From an uncultured Pseudobdellovibrionaceae bacterium (GTDB taxonomy: Bacteria; Bdellovibrionota; Bdellovibrionia; Bdellovibrionales; UBA1609), in assembly GCA_963803705.1 (NCBI GenBank), contig CAWDNU010000003.1, positions 192,001 through 256,000 of the forward strand: DNA of 64,000 bases, read 5' to 3'. A program made the translations under genes and the position numbers. Shown one piece after another: positions 59,158-64,000 of this stretch. The notes below the pieces were generated by a model. The model had not been told where the DNA came from and did no database searches. It saw only the letters and a list, made by a program, of their open reading frames with translations. Numbering within the stretch: the first letter of the stretch is position 1; the number at the start of each line of letters is the position of its first letter.

Positions 59158-62100
59158 TTGAAAACATTTTTTTCATGGCTATCTGATAACACTCTTTTTG
59201 TACATTATCTTACCATAGTAATTTTTATGGTGGGTATCTATAGCTTTACTAAAGTCCAAAGAGAAGCTCGTCCAAATGTAGATTTTAACAGGGTTGCTAT
59301 ATCTGCCGTTTACCCAGGTGCATCTCCTCAGGATATTGAAGAACTAGTTGTAGATCCGATTGAAGAAAAAATTGAAGAGGTCGACGGTGTAGAGGAGTAC
59401 AGGTCTGTCTCTTTTAATGGAGCAGGGTCCATTTCTGTTAAAATAGATGATGAATATCCCGAACCAAGAATAGTAGTTGACGAATTAAGACGTAAGATTT
59501 CAGAGGTAAACGACTTGCCCCAGAACGTCGAAGATCCACTTGTAACAGAGATTAAAGCCAGTAATATTCCAGTGATTCGAATAGCTCTTTACGGTGAAGC
59601 TACGCCCTACAATTTCAAGCTCGAGTTAGAAAAGTTAAAAGATCTACTAAAAAGGGTTCCTGGTGTTCAAAGTGTTGATGACGCTAATTTGCAAGAGCTG
59701 CAACTTAAGGTTTTAACGTCTCCTGAAAAACTGAACCAATATGATATAACTTTAATAGAAATGATTTCTAGCTTAAGTCAATGGTCTAGGCAGAAACCCG
59801 GCGGGCTATTTGAATCTGGATCTGAAACAGTAAGTATGAATGTAGGGGAAGATTACAACGAGTTAGATAAAATTAATAACTTCGTAATTCGAAGCAATGA
59901 CTCTGGCAAGGCAGTTGTTTTAAAAGACCTGGCATCGGTTGGTTACGATCTTGAAAAGACCCAGGTTAAAACCCTATTTGAATCGAAAGAAGCTGTTATT
60001 TTAACTATTGTCAAAAAGCCTTTTTCAGATATTGTTTCTACTGTAGATCGATTAAAGCTTACGCTTAGTGATTACGAAAAAAAGCTGCCTGACGGGTTAA
60101 AATTAAAAGAGTACACAGACCAATCTATTCTGGTTCGTAACCGCCTTTCGATTGTAACATCCAACGCACTTTTTGGATTAGCACTTGTTCTGCTTGTTCT
60201 TATGATCTCGCTGGATTGGCGATCAGCGCTGGTCACATCCTTCGGTTTGCCCATTGCAGTTATCGGCGGCTTAACAATTGTTTTTTTTCTTGGGAATACT
60301 TTGAATTCACTGGTCATCATAGGACTAGTGATAGTTTTAGGAATGCTTGTGGACGACGCCACAGTGGTTTGTGAAAATATTTATAGTTATGTTGAAAAGG
60401 GTTTTCCGCCAAAAGAGGCTGCAGTTAAGGGCGTGTCAGAAATAGCTGTTCCAGTATTAGCATCCGTGATGACTACTGTTTTTGCGTTTTTTCCGATTCT
60501 TTTCATGAAAGAAATTATCGGCCAATTTTTAAGAGTTATACCACTGACCGTGATCGCAATGTTATTCATGTCTTTGATCGAAGCTTTAATAATCTCCCCG
60601 ACTCACGCTGCTGAAATTATGAAAAAATCCGAGGTAAAGAAGAAAAATGGGTTCATACAAAAGCTTGAAATCAAATATAAAAAATATATACATTGGAGTA
60701 TCAAGAACAGATTTTTTATTTTAGTGTTCTTCACGCTGTTTTTTGCTCTATCAATTTTTCAAAGTAAAAAGTTATTTGAACGCTTCACATTATTTCCAGC
60801 AACTGGACTTGAAGGTCTAAGTGTTCGACTTGAACTGCCTAAAAATGTTCCTATTGAAAAAACAAGCTTAATGACTCAAAACCTGATTGAAGAGCTGAAA
60901 CTTGTTTCTGAAAGTAGTTTTGATAGCGTCTACGCCACGATAGGACAAGTAACTACGGGCGGTAATAGTGGTGGAAGCCGTCAGAGCGGATCACATCTTT
61001 CTGGAATAACTGTGGTGTTTATATCTGATGCTAGTTTTTACAAGACTGAAGACAGGATAGTCAAAAACATTAGGGCTGTAACCCGTGAATTTTCTGAGAA
61101 AGAAAAAGTTAAAGCTTCAATCACATTAGATAGACCTGGCCCTCCGCAAGGCAAGCCCATTCAATTAGAGATCGCGTCCAGGGACACAAAAAAAGGCGAA
61201 ATGATTTCTGAAAAATTGAAAAGCGAGTTTTCGAAAATGAAAGGTGTCAGCAGCTTAGAAACAGATTTAGATGGTGATACTAAAAAATATCGATTTACCA
61301 TAAACAATGACCTTGCAGTGTCTGAAGGGGTAAACCCTGCAGATATTGCTCAAACTGTTTTCGCAGCCTCTACAGGGAGTGTGGCTGAAGAGATTCTTAA
61401 AAATAACGAAAAGATTGAAATTTTGGTGGGCGTAATTCCTAGCGAAGTTGAAAGTATAGATAACATTATAAATTTAAAAGTAAGAAACAGAAACGGTCAA
61501 GCTGTAGGCCTTAAAGCATTTGTAGATGTGAAAGAGGAAAGTGGACCTTCTTCCATCCAAAGATTAAATGGTTTAAGAACTGTTACTCTTTTTGGTGAAG
61601 TCGACGAAGAGATTATTTCTGGCCGCCAAGCAAATGCTAATATTCAACCTTTAATCACCAAACTCTTAAATGAAAATCCAGATGTTTCAATTAATACTGG
61701 CGGTGGTGAAAAAGACAGGATGAATGCTCTTTTAGACACTAAGCGCTTATATATAATCGCTTTAATTTTAATTTTTCTAATCATTAGTTTATCATTCCAA
61801 TCAGTGCTCTATCCCGTGTTGGTTGTGCTTACCATTCCGATGGGATTATGCGGAGTAGTTTGGGCTTTACGACTGCATGAACAGCCCTTATCTGTTATGG
61901 GGATTATTGGTGTGGTTGGTTTATCCGGCGTAGTGGTTAACACTTCAATCTTACTTTTAAGCTTTGTTCAAAGAGGCATTCAAGGTGGGCTATCGCTAAA
62001 CGTGGCATTAGCTGAAGCAGGGACGAAGCGATTACGTGCAATCATGATAACCACGAGTACCACTTTAATCGGATTGTTTCCTACTATGTACGGGCTCGGA

Positions 62101-62295
62101 GGGAAGGATTATTTTATTCAACCTATTGCGCTAGTTTTAGGTTGGGGACTGCTCGTTGCAACTTTGCTGACTCTTTTTGGCTTACCGGCATTGGTATCAT
62201 TCGTAACCGTCCTAGAAAAAAAACCGGAAGCAAGTGGGCCTGTTGAAAAAGCATCATCTTCGTTGTTGCCTTCGCTTAAATCTCATTCGACGTAG
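59158..62295 (+). CDS. RND efflux permease (AcrB family)
   Basis: YPGASPQDIE, GMLVDDATVVCEN, GVVVNTSI, RLRAIMITTSTT; TTG start after the tolC stop (track start 59122). Confidence 0.93.
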   Translation: MKTFFSWLSDNTLFVHYLTIVIFMVGIYSFTKVQREARPNVDFNRVAISAVYPGASPQDIEELVVDPIEEKIEEVDGVEEYRSVSFNGAGSISVKIDDEYPEPRIVVDELRRKISEVNDLPQNVEDPLVTEIKASNIPVIRIALYGEATPYNFKLELEKLKDLLKRVPGVQSVDDANLQELQLKVLTSPEKLNQYDITLIEMISSLSQWSRQKPGGLFESGSETVSMNVGEDYNELDKINNFVIRSNDSGKAVVLKDLASVGYDLEKTQVKTLFESKEAVILTIVKKPFSDIVSTVDRLKLTLSDYEKKLPDGLKLKEYTDQSILVRNRLSIVTSNALFGLALVLLVLMISLDWRSALVTSFGLPIAVIGGLTIVFFLGNTLNSLVIIGLVIVLGMLVDDATVVCENIYSYVEKGFPPKEAAVKGVSEIAVPVLASVMTTVFAFFPILFMKEIIGQFLRVIPLTVIAMLFMSLIEALIISPTHAAEIMKKSEVKKKNGFIQKLEIKYKKYIHWSIKNRFFILVFFTLFFALSIFQSKKLFERFTLFPATGLEGLSVRLELPKNVPIEKTSLMTQNLIEELKLVSESSFDSVYATIGQVTTGGNSGGSRQSGSHLSGITVVFISDASFYKTEDRIVKNIRAVTREFSEKEKVKASITLDRPGPPQGKPIQLEIASRDTKKGEMISEKLKSEFSKMKGVSSLETDLDGDTKKYRFTINNDLAVSEGVNPADIAQTVFAASTGSVAEEILKNNEKIEILVGVIPSEVESIDNIINLKVRNRNGQAVGLKAFVDVKEESGPSSIQRLNGLRTVTLFGEVDEEIISGRQANANIQPLITKLLNENPDVSINTGGGEKDRMNALLDTKRLYIIALILIFLIISLSFQSVLYPVLVVLTIPMGLCGVVWALRLHEQPLSVMGIIGVVGLSGVVVNTSILLLSFVQRGIQGGLSLNVALAEAGTKRLRAIMITTSTTLIGLFPTMYGLGGKDYFIQPIALVLGWGLLVATLLTLFGLPALVSFVTVLEKKPEASGPVEKASSSLLPSLKSHST

Positions 62296-62391
62296 ATAAA
62301 CTACGACTCATTCGATTTTAAGCTTGGACGCCTAGAATCTAATACTTTTTCAACAGGCCCAAGTGATCGGTGATCAAAACACAGTTAAAAG

Positions 62392-62528
62392 TGATAAATA
62401 TTTAGTTCTTTACTAAGCATGAGCTTAAAAGCGAGCTCGGATTGTGGCATAGCCATCTAATAGGCTGTGCCACGAACGTATAACCGAGCTTTTAGTCTCA
62501 TGCTTAGTAAAGAATTAAATATTTATCA
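62392..62528 (+). repeat. Long hairpin element, copy 3 (40-bp arms)
   Basis: Arms 62392-62431 and 62489-62528 are 37/40 complementary; shared core. Confidence 0.9.
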
Positions 62529-62720
62529 ATTGTAAATCGTGTCTTAGACACGCATTTGGTCTAGAAAAAAAACCAGAACTGAGCCTCAGCCAAGGTCTGG
62601 AATTGACCCTTGGGACATCTGGAAAGACACTATAGTAAGGGGCTGCTAAAATGTAATTTAACTTCGAATATCATTTGTCGTCACTTAAACCTTGTAGATC
62701 AGGTAAGCTAGGAGTTTTTA

Positions 62721-64000
62721 ATGTTTAGTGATTCAAGTTCATTTTTCCAGCGCATTTTTGTGATGGTTCTTTCAGTCGGCTTAATGTTTTCAAACAGTGC
62801 GACTGCTAATATAGTAGGAAATCCCTCGCAAAATTTTAACCCAACTTATAGTGGCAAAAACTTTATTTCAGTTCACAGTTCTGAAACCTTAGGTAAAAAT
62901 AGTTTTAACTTAGGTTTGTTCGTGGATTACGCTATGCAAACCTTACCTGTTTACCCAATAGTGGTTGATCCAAATATCGGCGACAAGATTTTTTACTCTC
63001 ACTTGGGATTGGGTTACGGTATAAGTTCGAACTGGGATATCGGGCTTTCTATTCCAACCATTTTAGGGCAGGACGTGAACAACTCACAGCTTCGTGGACA
63101 GTATGCAGACGGTGGACTTTTGGAAATTAGAGCTTTGACTAAATACAGGATATCTACTTTCGAAGAAGGTGGAGGTTTTTCTGTTATTGGTTCGCTTGGT
63201 TTTAATAGAACCGACAACTTGCCCTATCTTGGTAAGGACCCTGGTATGACAGTTAACATAGAGTTGGCCTTGGACAAACAATTTGGAAACTGGTTGTGGG
63301 GTACCAACCTTGGATACAGGATGATTAATTCTGGGGATCAAATTGACGGCTTCACACTTTTTGAGCCTTTTGGAAATACATTTATATTTTCTGTTGCAAG
63401 TAATTACCGAATCAATGAAAGCTGGGCCGCAATTGGTGAGGTCTGGGCTTCAATGCCAGATGTTGATATGGGCGATGTTGATCGAGACAACAATTCTTAT
63501 GAGCTTTTGTTAGGGGGGCGTTATGGTCGAAGCCTTGCAAGCAACGACAACTACAATCTTAATTTCGGTGTCACAAGACAGATCAACAATGGTATTTCGA
63601 CCCCTTCTTTAAGATTTTTTGTAGGTTTAAATTATTCTTTTGGTTCAGGGGATACTATCCCGACAAATTCTAGCTCTGACCCACTAATTGTCAAAAAAAC
63701 TACGTCAAAAATTCAAAGTGTTATCCCAGAAGACGGTGAGGAAGAATCAAATTACAACGAAGGCTTTAGACAGGGATATATGTCAGGCTACGGCACTGGT
63801 CCTTACGCTGGGCTTGGACCGCAGTATGGTGATGGTTTGGATGGAGGTTTAGATTTTCCAGAAGGTTACGAAGATGGATACATTGATGGATCAGGCCCTT
63901 ATCCTGGCGACCCAAATCGTGTCGAATGGGCCAAATGTTACCGCACTGGTTTTCAGGGTAAGCTAGGCAAAGGTCCTGGAGCAGGAAAGACTTCATCATA
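62721..64000 (+). CDS. Outer-membrane beta-barrel protein with Gly-rich extension (probably OmpA-like); runs off the window end
   Basis: Not in the ORF track. RBS AGGAG; MFSDSSSF...SATA/NIVGNPSQNFNPTYSGKNFISVHSSETL; barrel ends RFFVGLNYSFG; frame open to 64000. Confidence 0.85.
   Translation, partial: MFSDSSSFFQRIFVMVLSVGLMFSNSATANIVGNPSQNFNPTYSGKNFISVHSSETLGKNSFNLGLFVDYAMQTLPVYPIVVDPNIGDKIFYSHLGLGYGISSNWDIGLSIPTILGQDVNNSQLRGQYADGGLLEIRALTKYRISTFEEGGGFSVIGSLGFNRTDNLPYLGKDPGMTVNIELALDKQFGNWLWGTNLGYRMINSGDQIDGFTLFEPFGNTFIFSVASNYRINESWAAIGEVWASMPDVDMGDVDRDNNSYELLLGGRYGRSLASNDNYNLNFGVTRQINNGISTPSLRFFVGLNYSFGSGDTIPTNSSSDPLIVKKTTSKIQSVIPEDGEEESNYNEGFRQGYMSGYGTGPYAGLGPQYGDGLDGGLDFPEGYEDGYIDGSGPYPGDPNRVEWAKCYRTGFQGKLGKGPGAGKTSS

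Noticed and set aside
54524..62300. Genomic island integrated at tRNA-Gly
   Set aside because: No integrase and no duplicated tRNA 3' end seen in the window.
9622..62528. Integron attC interpretation of the long hairpins
   Set aside because: No RYYYAAC/GTTRRRY boxes, no cassette array and no integrase.
2866..63999. Short ORFs antisense to or nested in confident genes (e.g. 2866, 14805, 17218, 35160, 37385, 63014, 63766)
   Set aside because: Shadow ORFs with no independent motifs or RBS support.

Overview
AT-rich bacterial chromosome segment, inferred to be Bdellovibrionota from the YQNC-type lipoprotein, YkuD_2 L,D-transpeptidase, giant Met-zincin lipoproteins, many orphan secreted proteins and GCCGATAA-N7-ATG starts. 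Housekeeping genes (folE2, fur, uvrA, maf, lgt, typA, trpS, photolyase, sucA-sucB-lpdA, rpsN, dps, pgsA, tRNA-Gly) are interspersed with secreted and outer-membrane genes. The strongest unexplained signal is a family of three long intergenic hairpins (9622-9780, 32786-32976, 62392-62528). They share a ~56-nt bulged core, while their 40-67 bp arms are unrelated between copies and in one case mirror the 3' end of the neighbouring gene. Other points of interest: two tandem beta-barrel + lipoprotein metalloprotease modules with an IS3-like end between them; an IS1202/ISNCY-type transposase whose 5' leader recurs as an orphan diverged copy; two dif-like 28-mers; a tRNA-Gly with a compensatory A19-U56 pair; several short repeats; and a frameshift cluster at 51.4-54.4 kb that is probably an assembly artefact. 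All calls come from reading motifs by eye; no database searches were run.
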